NCBI RefSeq assembly: GCF_000485595.1
Contig: NW_014577085.1
Coordinates: 371,963-435,962, forward strand
Origin: Priapulus caudatus
Taxonomy: Eukaryota
Direction of reading: 5' to 3'
DNA length: 64,000 bases
Below are positions 38,801-52,029 of the stretch, piece by piece; position 1 is the stretch's first letter, and each line of letters begins with the position of its first letter. The notes under the pieces were generated by a model. It did no database searches and was not told the origin of the DNA. It saw nothing but the letters and a program-made list of their open reading frames with translations. Position numbers and translations under genes: made by a program.

Positions 38801-41800
38801 TGAAATAGCACTATTTTCCCGTTTTTCCGTTGTACACTAGGTATTTATTAGCTCTTGATACATCGTATAGACACGGTCACGATACATCGTATCGATAAGT
38901 TCAGGGCATATTCGTTTTTAATTACAGTTGGGAGTCGTTAGATCGTGAACTACCTGACAGGTGTCACGTCGAGGGAGCCGCTGAGCACAGCGGCCACGCT
39001 CGCAGCCTCCGTCTTCTTCACGTCCGGAGCGCGGTTCAGGTCCCGCAGCACCTCGTAGTTGATCTTGCTCGATATCTTCTTCTCCTGCAGCATCTTCTCG
39101 ATCGCCTCGCCTGCAGTGCTCGCCTGCATCTGCTGCTTCTTTCGCGGCTTCTTCCGCTGAGGAAGTGAGAGGGGTAGATGTGAAGCGGAGGCCTGGAGCA
39201 TCTCTACAGGATGCAGATCCACTGAACTACTACCCACATAAGCCCAGAGGGCAATGCGTGCACATTAAATTTAGTATAACACAAGGATGATCAGCAGGTG
39301 ATGTTACTGAACCTACAGGGACTTCCATGCTTATATTTAATAGATAATAATTAATGCACTTCTTGGGATTAATATTCCGTACTTGGGAGCCTGGACACTT
39401 GTAGTATTTCTCGAGTTAAGAGTAATACACAAAAATGGTTTCATTCTTATTCTTCTGTCATTTCCTGCCACAGTTATACCTTCTTCGGTTCAGGTTTTGT
39501 GATTCCTTCTGCCTTCTCCCTGGCTTCCCGCTCTTCTTTTTCTGTGAAGACAAATAAAACTTGAAAACTTCAGACCTTGAAATTAAAATGCATACTCCTG
39601 ACAATGGCAGTTAATGATACTGCTAGGGTTGGGAGGTGATTTTCGGTCGAAATTTCAATACCCACTATTTGATAGATCAGATCCATGGGCAGCTATATAC
39701 GTAGAAACTATGTATGTAGCCTCCCAAACAGTTCCAAATCCCCGCATTAGTTTTCTGTTTTTTTTTTGTCAATTCTTAACACCATGGTTCAACTCATGGG
39801 AATATTTATAAAAAGTGCTATATCTCTATTGTTAAGAATGCTCGATACCTGCTAGATGATTATCAAACACTCATTCTCAAAAGCCCCGCACTGCACAAAG
39901 CTCCCTGCGTCACAACTCTGATTCCAAAAAATTTTTGTTGCGTTTCAATGCTAACATATTCAAAGTAACAAGTGGCCGGCAGAGCGAGGGCGCTCAACTG
40001 ACGTGTACTGTAGCCAGGTTTCTTCTGATAAACTCACTGGCAAACCGAATCAAGTGCGCCCTCGCCGTCACCGCGTTCGCGCTTGGAGCATATATCTAGG
40101 ATACTACTAATACAAGATCTAAAATCTATAAGGCTTTGCTAACCGGTAGTACAGTAAAAAGATACAGCTGTGTAACTTTAATGACTTCGCTTTATTAACA
40201 TGTTATTATGGATATGCGTCGAGCGCGAGCAGTAGTAGTGGTGGTGGGGAGAGGGTCTGGGGAGGTGGGGAGGGGCTCTAATAGCAAAAAGCAGTTCAGT
40301 CCTTTGTTAACAGTCAACAATCCATGTTTAACCCTCCTCTTGAGGTCAAAAGGTTATCAGACACTTACTCTTCGCATGTCAGCGGAAAGTAACTTTCATG
40401 TCCTTTCAATAAAGTGATAAAAATGGTAGGTCAGCGCTGAAACAAAAAAGTTTTGCACTCAGTCCGTTAGACATGTCCCTGAGAAAATGTCTGATATCTG
40501 ACCTTTCCCACTGCCCCTTGACCTGTGACCTCCATTTTTCGCACTGGTGATGGTTTCCTGTCCATCACACTATATATCGAATATTACGAGCGTAGGTCGA
40601 GTCGTTGAGATTTGTGCCGCAATTCCGTATTTCCTCCGATACCTTAAGTTAAGGGGGAAATATTCCCCCTCCATTGACACATTTTGACCTTCTACCCTTG
40701 ACCCCCAAATTCGACATCCCGTGTCCTTTTCGCGATCCCCCCGACGTCCCGAATATCAAGACCGTACGTCCAGCGGTTAAGATTTGTGCTGTAACTGTTG
40801 ACACACGGACGGCCGGACGGACATTCATGCGATTCTACAAGCTGCATCTGACTTCGTCAGCTGAGCTAAAAAGGGTCCCTGGAATTTTTTTTAAAGATAT
40901 TTTATAAGTTATGGCTCTTTGTTTATGAAATTGTTGCATTTTGAAAATCACTACAAATTTTCGTACATCTTTTCAACTTATTTCCTAAATTAAAGCATTA
41001 AAAAAAGGCTGTTGCTCCTGCAACGTACGCGGCGCGCGCGATTTTTTTCTCTCTTAAAGTCACGGTAGTGATGCAGCCGCCATCTATCGGCGATAATAAC
41101 TACCGTTGTTTTGGTAGCGATATTATATATACGATTTTATACGATATATACGATAGAACCCTAACCCTAACCCTAACCCTAACCCTAACCCTAACCCCAT
41201 TAATAAGTAAATTTAATTTTTAATTGTTGTAAAAATTAATTGTTGTTATATAAAATGTTGTAAATAAATCATGTAAATATTTGCGGTTAATTGGAAAAAA
41301 AATGTTAAACAGATAAAGATAGAAAAATACAGAAAACAGGAAAATAATTAGAAAACGGATGGGATTCGATCCTGCGACCATTCATACTTGGCGCCAGCGT
41401 TGTAACCATTACGCTGCTGCGACATATTGAAATTAAAATTTTGGATGTGCTATGTATATCGCGAGAAAACAAGCTCAACCAATCAGGCGTCAGTACCGTC
41501 AGTACCGTCAGTACCGTGACTTTAAGAGAAAAAAAATCGGCGACGGTACCGTTGCAGGAGCAACAGCCTAAAAAAAAATCCAGGGACCCTTTTTTAGTTC
41601 ATATTATGAACAACTTATGGTTAAAAGTTTAGGTCCCAACTCTTTGCCGTTTCTGAGAAATAACAAAAAAAGAATTTTTTTTGTATAAATTCACAATTTT
41701 TGCCATCACTTAATTAGCGATGATTTTTTTTACATTTTTTTTCATCGAGAGCGTAGAGAGACATCTCTCTTATGTAATGGATATGAGTTTGATGAGCAGT

Positions 41801-44800
41801 TATGTTGCAATGCCCTTTACAGTGTTACCGGTCTGTAACCCTAACAGTATCCTTAACCTTATTGGACCGACATGACATGCCACTTGACCACATAATGAAA
41901 GATGAGATTTATTTTCTAAAATATTTAGCAATAACCTCACCTAACCTGATTGTATAACATACCTTTCTGTTGTTGCAAGTACTCCGCATTTACTTTCGTC
42001 CAGATGTCTGTCTTTACTTTCACCTCATCCTCGGTGAGAATAAACTAAAAATGTATACAATTTAAAAGTGATAAATATTACTATTATAACTATGTCAATT
42101 ATAATTGTATGAATTATCACAGATTTTATCATTTAGAAAAATTAGAATAAAATATTATTAGGTATATATTCAGCCTCTCAGTTGGTCTCAGATATTTACA
42201 TAATAACATTTATCAGTTTATACTAAAATCATTACTTGCTGTTGTATTTGGTGTCACCTATACATATAATTTATGTCTTCTCCTAATATTAACATGCAAG
42301 ATATGAATTAACTTACCTTATCTAATTCATCATCATCTATACCTGTGAGATCCAATTCTCCATCCTCTTCTTCTGCAACTTAAATAACATATTCAACAAT
42401 TTATTAAAACATTTTGCTTCATAATGAAACAAATTAATTTTTGTGGAGTTTTGATGTGCCATTGTATGCTACAAAGGGCAAATATCTCTGAGCATTTTCA
42501 TGCATATCATATGGAAGCCAATGTTGTAAACCAACCACTCCCAACAAAGTGGTAGTACATAACGAATATACAGATCAAAAACTTACAGAGCAATCAGACA
42601 CATTTCCTCTATACAAGCAGTCAAGTTGCTATCTAACCTTCTCCTGGCTCCACCCTCATACATGCAACTATCGACTCTTTTATGCCCAGACTGGCTGCAG
42701 TGGGTCCTGGGCCATCCTCAGCAGCAAAACCTAGTTGTAAGGAAGTCGGAATGTGGCTTGTCGGTGGTTGTTGCGCAGATGCACAGGTTTCATCTGCAGT
42801 CTCTAACATGTAGTTCCCGAGATCTGGAATAACAATGTTTTGCATTTGTATTACGAAACTGCCACTCAATGGCTATATATAGATTGAAGAAGAGGCATCC
42901 TGGGGTTGCATTTTCTTCTTTAACTTTCACATTATAAATCCCAGTGATCAAGTGTCTGACAAAAGATGCAATTCCACATGGCAAAGTAGTGTCATCAAGA
43001 TCACACACGTGAATGCTTTTGGAATCGGCTTTAGATCTAATACATGCTGTTCGTTCATAAATTCTGTGAAGATCAGACTGCCTACAGTCCTACCCAAATC
43101 TTCATGTATCTGCCGTAACGTTTCCTGCTGAACAAACTCTGTAGCCTCCTTGCTTGCTTCCTCTGAACCCAGCGCCTCGTTTAACTCATCTTCTGGGGCA
43201 TCATCATCTTGCGTATCTAAAGCTAACAGATTCAGGAGGTTACCTTCCACACAGGAGCTATGCACACTATGTTACCCACGAAAATGCCGTTTTTCTACTA
43301 TATTTAAACGTAGTCATGCTTATATGGGTAGTCACTTTGACAAGTCTTTGGTAAACACTGGAGTGGAGCTTCATCCACCTCCGCACTAAACCAGAGACGA
43401 ATACTGTTACACACTAGCACTCATTTTGCACTGACATCACTGGTAATTAGGAAGCTAAGTCGCCCACATTGATGCATACTAATGCACCGTGACCATGCCA
43501 GTACCTACTTGATGAGCTGTCATTTCTTCTTGGTTTTTTCTCTAATGCTTGATCCAATTCTTCTTGTAATGTACTGATCTCTCCCTCAACTTCTGTAAGC
43601 TTGCACATCTCCTCAAGCTGGTCGGTGAATAAAAAATTAATTTTTCGATTAGACATAAACTTGCACATCTGGTTCACCAGTTTACGATTGGAATAGTATT
43701 GTAAATGGAAAACGACTTATAATAAGTTATAAGGCATACTTATACACAGCTGCATTACCTAGAACTATATTAGAAAAATGCTTGTCAGCTATTCTGCTGT
43801 GAATTCACACAGGAATAGCAGAATTACCCAAATTGATTAAATTTCTCGGATCTCACTTGACTGTTTGTTTCAAACCGTAATAATAAGGCATCAAATTACT
43901 TAAAACATGCATACATGTTGATTTTCTGCCATGTAGGTAACATAATAGGCGGAAAAAATTTGTGGAACTCGGTTAACATTATATTGAAGATATCCATTGC
44001 GATTAGCACCTTGCTAATTTTATCCTTCCAACGAGCCTCTGTGAAGGATGGTGGGTCTTGTTCTTCCTCTAGGTCTATGTCCATGAATTGATCTAGTTTC
44101 AGCTTGCTGGATGGTGTTCTTTCAAACTCTATCAACCTTGAAGTAGATGAATACATTCTTTATATAAGTCTGAATGCACCTAAGAGCAAGTCCATTACAA
44201 TTTTGGTAAGTGGCGGTCGATTCTTAAAAGTACTGGCATGCTAGCTGACTATTACCTTACCTGCTTCACAAATTAACAATTACCTTTGTGCACGTTTTCT
44301 CACATTTTTGCCCTAAGATATCTTTAGAAATTATGCATGAAAGATCACATGACTGAAAGTAAACCCAAGATACTTTCTGATGACTGACATTTTTGTACCA
44401 TTCTTGCACTACTGATAATATATTGCATGAGAACAATAACTGCACATACAGTTAGCATACAGCATTACCGCTTTCGTAACGTTCCATCGCAGACCTTCAC
44501 AACCCTAAGAACATCCTTCTGGGTTCTATTAAAGTCGTGCAATCGTGCGGCAACAAGCAGCGCTGAAACATGCAAACGCGTTTCAGTTCCTCAATCCTCA
44601 CAGTTTACGAGCAGCTCCTACAAAAGTTAGGTTCAACAAGTGCAAGCTTGAGTGAATTGACTGCATCACGACTGCACTGGTGCATAGGCCGATGACTCAC
44701 CAGCCCCGCAGAGCCCCGACGGTCGCCTGCCGACGTGCATCCAATCACGCTTCATTCGCTGTACGAGACGAAGAGCTGTCATGCTTACATCGTGCGTCTT

Positions 44801-47800
44801 GTCACCAAACTCAAGCTTGTGAGAAAATCGTGGGATCAGGATGCATGGGTCTGCATTGAAATCAAAGTTTGCTCTTTGAAATCGATACCTTACAAGAAAA
44901 TGCTCAAAGCTCCCTCCTAAACATTTTTATGCAGTCTCTATGAGGAATTTACATCCACGTCAGGTTAACATCTGGTATACGAGTTAGCGCTACTTGTGTG
45001 GAATTAAAATTGTGTGTAGATGTGATGAGCTTGTAATTTAATGTTAAGTTGATTTCCAATTGAACACGTGTTCCTTTGATGGAGCTCAGCTGTTTCACAG
45101 GTGAGGTGTACCTTCAGTGGCAAGATAAATTCACATGTGAGGTGCCAATTTAAAGATGATATACAAATTCACACATGAGGTGCAAATTCAGAGGTGAGAT
45201 ATAAATTCCCAAGTGAGATGCACATTAAGAGGATACATTTTAAGGCAAAATAGCAAGAGAACTCACCAACAGCTGGTACATTGATACACAACTCCTGCGC
45301 TAACTTCAGATACGTTTTGCCAAGCTCATACACATTCACCTGCAGGATGTCACTGAAATCCAAAAGCATATCTAACCAGTGTTAAGAAAATACATGATAT
45401 TACATACACCTATGTTATGCAGCCCCTGTCACCTCTGCCCTGAAAGGCAGTTGCATTGCAAATCAACATAAAATAATCATGGCTCAAAATTAAGCAATAC
45501 ATAATGTATTACCAATTGACATTGCATTTATAATTAAGCATTTTCTTTTTCACAACCTATACTATCAGAATACAAGTTAAGACGATCGCCTGGCATGTGT
45601 GTATGGCATGTTTTTTGTTTCATAATTCGATTCATTGTTCGATTTTATCACATATTATAACATTCGATTCATCACATATAACATTCGATTTTTAATATCA
45701 CATATAACATTTGATTTATCACATATAACATTTGATTTATCGCATATAATATTTGATTATTTAATCATATGTTATATGCAATAAATCGACAATAATTCCC
45801 CTGCCAAAAGTATAATTGCATCATTTGATAGCATGCCTGTTAATTCGATTGTATTAGGCATTCACTGTTTTAAATGTTCACATTATTTGATTTTATATCA
45901 GCAAAGAGAATCAAACCATTCGATCCTGGCATCAAACCATTCGGTTTTGGAATCAAACCATTCAATTATGGAATAGAATCGTTCGATTTTGGAATCGAAT
46001 CGTTCGATTTTGGAATCGAACCTTTCAATCCTGTATTATGTAGATCCCTCCTGCATGCACCGCATCGAACCATGCGACTCTGAATCGCATTATTCGATCT
46101 GTGAATTGAAGCTTTCTATCCAGTCAATCAAGCAATTTGATTCGCGTGATTAAATAATGCGATCTGCTAATATGAATGTCTTCGATGTGAATCGAATATA
46201 AAAGAAAAATATCAAATGTAACATTTAAACATGAACATGTGATTTTAGCCCATATATATACATCAAACAAAACATTAAACAAATCGAACGATTAACAAAA
46301 TCGAATTATGAAACAAAAAACATGTGTGTGGTTGTTATCCTATTATTGTTTCAATTAGTAATGCAACACTGAAGCACTATGTATGAGGTGAACATCAGTA
46401 TTCCTAATTTGTTACAGGTGATCTTCCCCTGCTCGAACACTATCAACACATTGGCAAGGATACGGGCAGTGCTCTCCGTTCTGCACACCAGGTAGAGGCA
46501 GGCAGAGATGACATGGGTTATCTTACGACCTCTAGTAAGTCTTTTCCCGACGGCCATCTTGTAAAAGTTATACGCTGTTTCTAGACAATGCTGATTTAGC
46601 TGCAATTGGGAGCCAAGCTGGTTGATCTTCTTACGACCTGCATTGACATACGCAAATATTTTGTATAATTTCTAACTGACTGCTTTTCAATAATACAGCA
46701 TGCACTTTCCACAGTGACAAAGTAGTTGTACCAGTGGCGTAGTTAGGGGGGCCAAAGGGGGCCACGGCCCACCCCCTGTTGATCCGAAAGTTAAAAAAAA
46801 ATATAAAAAATAAGAATTGCTTTTAAACTAAAAGAGAATTGCCGAGTAGTCAGAAATGAAGGCCTGTACCAAAGGGCTCGACACTAGCTAGCGGTGGCCC
46901 GGTGGCCCGGGGCCACCAAAACTCTCATGTCGGGCCACCGTAAAATTTCAAAAGTTAAAATTGGTGGCCCGAATATCGGGCGCCACTAAAAAATTTCAAA
47001 GTGTCTATGTATAAAAATACATTGGTTTCTTACGTGCTTAATCACTCATTCAAAAGAGAGTGAGCAATTCGCGGAGCGACGGAAGCAGCACGTCCCCCAC
47101 ACGTGGCAGCATTCTAGAACGCCACCAACTAAGGGCCGCCGCGGGCCAGGTTTATCGATCGTGTTAGATAGAATAATAGTGAAAAGTAGAAAAAGTGGTA
47201 TGCAAAGATTCTGTGAAAATTTGATGCGTGGAATGGATAATTCCAAATGTATGCCTCAATCAATCAATGTCAGTGTGTGCATTGTGTGGAGGTTTGTTAT
47301 AAAGGCATACATTCGAACGCATCGATTATGCAAAAAGTTGACGAATGCTAACGTAACTGGCAAAACCTTGTGTAGGTCTTAATAATGTACATTAACCTTA
47401 TAGGCCAAACCGCCTATTAGTTTGTCGCAATACACTGCTAATTTACTAAGAACATGTACTAATTGAAATCCGTAAATTTCGGTAATCCATGCGAAAGCGA
47501 AATTTATGGCCCACAAAATAAACATCGAGTTTCGGCTTCGGTGACGGTCACATGTATGCTACAAGATGTGTGAGCATCGAATTGTTGTCCTGGGCTGGGT
47601 AAACTTTCTTGCCTAGTGTTATTTATTATCCCAGTAGTTGCCTACAATATTATATGTTGACTTGTGCAATCTCAGAGAAACGTCAATTATTCATTTATTC
47701 CCGGAATCCCAAGCAGTAAAACCATAAACGTACGAATGCGCCGGTCAAGACTACAACGGATCCAAATCACTGGACGGGCCAGAAGCGATGGACGTGCGAA

Positions 47801-49213
47801 AATGTCCGGTGCACTATTTAATCTGTATGACACCGGGCATCGCTCACGTTTACGACCCGGTCTCACGGGCCGCATCGACGGTTTTGTATACTGGTCAACC
47901 AGACCGAATTTCTTGACTGCGGATTTCAATGAGCACATTTCTTAGTAACCAAGCAGTGATATTGGACAAAACACTAAAATTACGCGTTTGCTATAAAGGT
48001 AATTGTACTATATTAACTAACACAAGGTTGCCAGTTTATCTGTAAGGCCATGTCGTATAAAATTCGCATAATCGATGGTCGAATTATGCCTTTAAAGACT
48101 TGTGCAAGTGCATCAGACGGCCCAATTTTCAAATAATATACAATACGAGATTGAAATAAAGATTTATAATGTTTTCCTTTGTTTTTTTTTCGGGCCACCA
48201 GATATCATTTTCGGGCCACCAAAAATTGAAAATCAATGATTTTGGTGGCCCGATCGGGCCACTGAAAAAAAAAGTTAGTGTCGAGCCTTGCTGTACATGT
48301 ACTCAAAAGAGCCTCAAATACCATCTCCTGCGTTCTACATTTTCAAAATTTCCTGGGGGAGGACCCCCATACCCCCACCTGTGTTTCACCCCCCCTCCTC
48401 GTAATCCTGGATCCGCCACTGAACAGTTACATATCTAGGGAGCAGAGAACAACAAACACAAATGTCGCCTTTTTGCATGGCGCCCAAAACAAAGATTGCA
48501 GAGCTGAGAGGCGGGAGAGCATAGGGTGTGGAGAAGGAAGCAGAGGAACCATTAAAATATTAAGTCATTATTTTGCGCAGTTTGCTGTTTTTGGCCCCCC
48601 TGTTAAAAAATCCTGGCTACGCCACTGAGTTGTACCTATTCATGTAGAACCCTAAAAATACTTCTCTGTGATGTTTTAGAAACATTGTTCCTTATTCACA
48701 AAATGTGTTCATAACTTGATGAGCAGAAACAACATAACAGTAGCAAAAGTATGCTTTCACAATACAGGTACCAGGAAGGAACACCTACCATTTTGTAGAG
48801 TGATAGCTCTAGACTCCTTTCCAAAGCCATGGTGAAAGCTTCCACCCATTGTGCTCGATTTAACCCCTGCAAATATGCACCATTTTCCAATTGAAATATT
48901 TGTTTTTAATTTTGCAGGTTTAGCACATCAAGTCACATTTTTACTATTAGTTGCACCAACTCTCCTGAACAGTAATGTTACAATCAGAAATTGTGAGGGG
49001 AAAATATCGAACAATTAACTTGCCTTCAGAAGATACAAACTGTCCAAGGACAGATGTTCCTCCTATTGAATTTTCCTGGAAAGTGACCTCGGAGACTATG
49101 ATGTTATCTTCCAACACGGAGCCACAGTTGGTGCAGACTGCATCGCCACGCGCAGTGTCGACGTCGATATCACTGCTGCCACAGTGGCTGCACACTTTCG
49201 TTTTAGCTGACAT
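35876..49213 (-). CDS. BRF1: Transcription factor IIIB 90 kDa subunit (BRF1)
   Basis: Exons (minus): 49024-49213 (Zn ribbon CSHCG...CTNCG), 48789-48866 ([11 protein letters not shown]), 46464-46637, 45267-45371 (HMLLDFSD), 44701-44850 ([19 protein letters not shown]), 44469-44562, 44010-44136 ([11 protein letters not shown]), ~43505-43617, ~43094-43216/43257, 42638-42823 (PTAASLG), 42317-42372 ([11 protein letters not shown]), 41963-42044, 39480-39541, 38954-39156 ([23 protein letters not shown]), 36640-36758 (VESGPV), 36273-36341, 35876-35907 (stop). Confidence 0.95.
37112..37250 (+). mobile_element. Degenerate tRNA-derived CORE-type SINE
   Basis: A-box-like GTGGTCTAG, B-box-like GGGTTTGAGTACC, then CCTGAGCAAGGCACCTTA resembling the CORE domain. 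Confidence 0.45.
37546..37928. mobile_element. PIF/Harbinger-like MITE
   Basis: AGCGGCGTTTACA / TGTAAACGCCGCT TIRs, 3-bp TSD ATG. Confidence 0.7.
38091..38857. mobile_element. Galileo/P-like foldback element, 767 bp
   Basis: CAAGAGCTAATAAATACCTAG... / ...CTAGGTATTTATTAGCTCTTG with ~250-bp inverted arms; 7-bp TSD ATACATT/ATACATC. Confidence 0.8.
40290..40871 (-). mobile_element. HINE-like family B copy 1
   Basis: Minus-strand head TTTTAGCTCAGCTGACGAAGTCAGATGCAGC plus (GTCC)-type repeat; homologous to 50655-51263. Confidence 0.6.
41007..41568. mobile_element. TIR MITE carrying (CCCTAA)6 and a tRNA-like A/B-box segment
   Basis: TIR GGCTGTTGCTCCTGCAACG...CTCTTAAAGTCACGGTA / TACCGTGACTTTAAGAG...CGTTGCAGGAGCAACAGCC; TAAAAAAA TSD; telomeric tract 41157-41197; minus-strand tRNA-like segment 41361-41420. 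Confidence 0.8.
45372..46463 (-). other. BRF1: U12-type (minor spliceosome) GT-AG intron in BRF1
   Basis: 5' splice site GTATCCTT at 46463-46456; branch site TTTTCTTAAC at 45390-45381 just upstream of the AG with no pyrimidine tract; frame joins TA-H-MLLD. Confidence 0.9.
45607..46324. mobile_element. AT-rich TIR MITE with TTCGAT subrepeats, inside the U12 intron
   Basis: CATGTTTTTTGTTTCATAATTCGAT / ATCGAATTATGAAACAAAAAACATG; flanks TGTATGG/TGTGTGG (7-bp TSD, 1 mismatch). Confidence 0.75.
46732..48627. mobile_element. hAT-type non-autonomous element with a nested hAT-type element at ~46870-48290
   Basis: CAGTGGCGTAG / CTACGCCACTG termini with perfect 8-bp TSD AGTTGTAC; nested ends GGCTCGACACTA / TAGTGTCGAGCC with GGTGGCCCG subterminal repeats. 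Confidence 0.85.
48867..49023 (-). other. BRF1: GC-AG intron in BRF1
   Basis: Donor reads AAG|GCAAGT at 49023; needed to join QFVSSE-G to the next exon in phase 1. Confidence 0.75.
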
Positions 49214-49351
49214 GATCTGTTTATAATTGTATAGTCTTGATTTGTGCTCACGTTACACATGAGTGTTCAAGAAAAAAAGAAGACTATATATACCTGTCAG
49301 TGTCATGGCTGGTATATCTTAATTATATTTATAGTCCGAGTAATGCATTTA

Positions 49352-49558
49352 CTGTATACGCTGTATATTTCATGGTTTAATTTTCACGAATTTCGCAAAC
49401 GCATCCACGACCATGAAAATAACAACACGCAAATAATTCATACCAAATAATACCGAATGATTCATAATTCACTGACCGCGAAATTCACCACTCGCGAAAT
49501 TGTCCGTCAAGTCTAAATTCGTGAAAATATCTATACGCGAAAAATATGGCATATACAG
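49352..49558. mobile_element. Tc1/mariner-like MITE
   Basis: TA|CTGTATA ... TATACAG|TA termini with TTCGCG/CGCGAAA subterminal motifs. Confidence 0.65.
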
Positions 49559-50654
49559 TACTTTAATTTCAACCTCAAGTTCTTACAAAGTGATCTGAAA
49601 ACCCTCATAGGTTCAGTGGGCAGTCAGGGGCAATTAAGTACACCTTTCACATAAAATGCCATGGGTTCAAACTGCAGCCAGTACATTTAAAACTTTTCTC
49701 AAGAAATGTAAAAAACCTGGCTATAGTATTTACATTGGGGGTGGCCATGACACCCTCATATCTCTGACAACCTGTATCAATTTACGACCTTATCTCCCTT
49801 AATTATAGAGGGGGAAAGAACCAATGACGATGTGAGACACCCTGCCCTGGCATTGGCCACTCACAGTGTCAGCGACAATGCCAGACTCATTGAACCACAT
49901 ACTTAACTACTGCTGAAATGGGTTGGGTTTGTCACTGAGGGACCCTCCCAAAGAAAATGGAGATGGTTTTTTCATACAATGAAACTAGTGAATAGTTTAT
50001 AGTGATTAACGAATGTTTATAATATTATTAATAAATAAATAACATTAAACATGCTCTTTTTGAATGACAGACAGATAGTATGACATAATTAATGAACAAG
50101 TGCCGCAGAGTGACAGCGCTCATCTAACGTCTACTGCGGTGACTCTGTGGTGGAGTGGTGGAGATTCTAGTAAGAACGCCTGCTTGTCCCAAATGTGTTC
50201 AATACACGCCGAAACCAGTGGAATGCCACAGGATGGTATCGGAACTTTCTCAAAAGAGATGTTCGTTGGCATACGTTATGAAAGTTGCCACGAGTGGCGC
50301 GTACGTTTAGTGTCTTCAGATAAACGATGGGAAGCTCCATCATTAACGTAGTAGCGCAACAACTACTTTGCAAGACAGAATAAGGTAAGCCACTCATCCA
50401 TGTTACTACGCAAGCCTAACAGGCCTGTCAATAGAGAGCTGCCACCTGTAACCAGATTTAACGCAGGCAAAAACTCCACAGTACCACCAACACATGCCAC
50501 TGGCAGCTGCATAGCTTACATGTAACATTACTGACGACAGAATGAGCATAGAAATTATAGCGAATTTAAGGAACATACACCTTCTTTAAACCAAATTTAG
50601 CTTTTGAAATTTCACTGTGACATTGTAGCCTCATACATCCAGGCATGTATAGAT

Positions 50655-51263
50655 TCTATAGGCAAAACCGGCATGTCAACATTCTTTCTAACAGACAGTC
50701 AACAAATCCAAGTTCTAACCCTCCTCTGAGCGGCAAAAGCTTAATCCGACACTTACTCTTCGCATGTCAGGCAAAGGGACATTGTTCATGGTCCTTTCAA
50801 TAAAGCCATAAAAATGGCTTAGTCACGCTGAACAAAAAAGTTTTTCATAGATCGCTTCCGTCAGACATGTCCTCAAGAAAATGTCTAAAATCTCGCCCTG
50901 TGCCCTGACCTTTTGACCTCTGCCTCCAATTTCGGCCACAGCTGATGCTTTTTCCTCCTACCATGAATGCTATACACGACTATCCAGCGGAGCCGAGGTT
51001 CGAGCCAGTTTAGATTTGTGCCGCAATCTGCATTTCTCCCTATAGCCTCAAGTTAAGGAGTGAATGTTCCCCCTTCTTTTACACTCTTGACCTTTGACTT
51101 GCCCCAGCTTGAATCCCAACTCGTTTTTCGGATTACCCCCACTGTCCCGAATATCGGTGACACGTACGTCGAGGCGGTACACGATTTGTGGCCCCAACTG
51201 TTGACGCACGGACGATCATGCGATTCTACAAGCTGCATCTGACTATGTCAGATGAGCTAAAAA
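50655..51263 (-). mobile_element. HINE-like family B copy 2 (indel-noisy)
   Basis: Colinear with 40290-40871 (ACACTTACTCTTCGCATGTCAG ... GATTCTACAAGCTGCATCTGAC...GAGCTAAAA). Confidence 0.6.
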
Positions 51264-51455
51264 TAATGGTATTGCTGCTGTGGCAACTGCCGTACGATTG
51301 TTAGTTACGTTCTATGCATGATGATGATGTCACACACCGACTATGTACTAATTAGTAATCTACTACTAGCTACTATCTACTAGTAGTACTACTAGTACTA
51401 GTCTACTACTACTAGAGCCGAGTCTACAGTACCGGTACTCAGTATAGTATGTGAG

Positions 51456-51856
51456 ACTCGCAGCTAGGGCCTGCATACCGGTACCTCCCAAATCCCATTG
51501 GTTGATACAAATCACGTGCCTGAAACTCCTGTTTTAATAAAACTTTTATGGTGCATTGTGACCCTAACCCTAACACTAATTACAATTTAATTTAAAAAAT
51601 TAATATTTGTATCAACCAATGGGAGTTGGGAGGTATGCAGGCCCACGGCACAGGCACAGGCACTTGAAGCGTTTCAACTGTAAACACACGCCGCCGCCAT
51701 TGCGCGCACAGTGACACATAAATATATAGTTTTATTTGTTCATGTGTCAGTGTATATATTTTTATGTGTCAGTGTGCGCGCAATGGCGGCGGCGTGTGTT
51801 TACACTTGAAACGCTTCAAGTGCCTCTGTCAGTGTGTGCAGGCCCTAGCCGCGAGT
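51456..51856. mobile_element. Mutator-like MITE with CCCTAA repeats and nested palindrome
   Basis: TIR ACTCGCAGCTAGGGCCTGCA / TGCAGGCCCTAGCCGCGAGT, perfect 9-bp TSD GTATGTGAG; ACCCTAACCCTAACACTAA at ~51561; nested CACAGGCACTTGAAGCG foldback 51655-51828. Confidence 0.85.
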
Positions 51857-52029
51857 GTATGTGAGTATGTCAATATTCATTGAATCAATGAATGACCAGA
51901 CTGTCTCATGCAGGCTGCAGTGCAACCGTGTTGCAGCGCAATATTAATAGGGCGACAATAGCTGATATTATGTGTATAAGATAATGTAGTCATGAATGCC
52001 TTATAATTACCCTATATTTAATAACAATT

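Larger units (their letters stand above)
37365..38900. repeat. 24-bp minisatellite (ATAGACATGGTCATGATACATTGT) interrupted by two MITEs
   Basis: Units at 37365-37545, 37929-38090 and 38858-38900. Confidence 0.8.
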
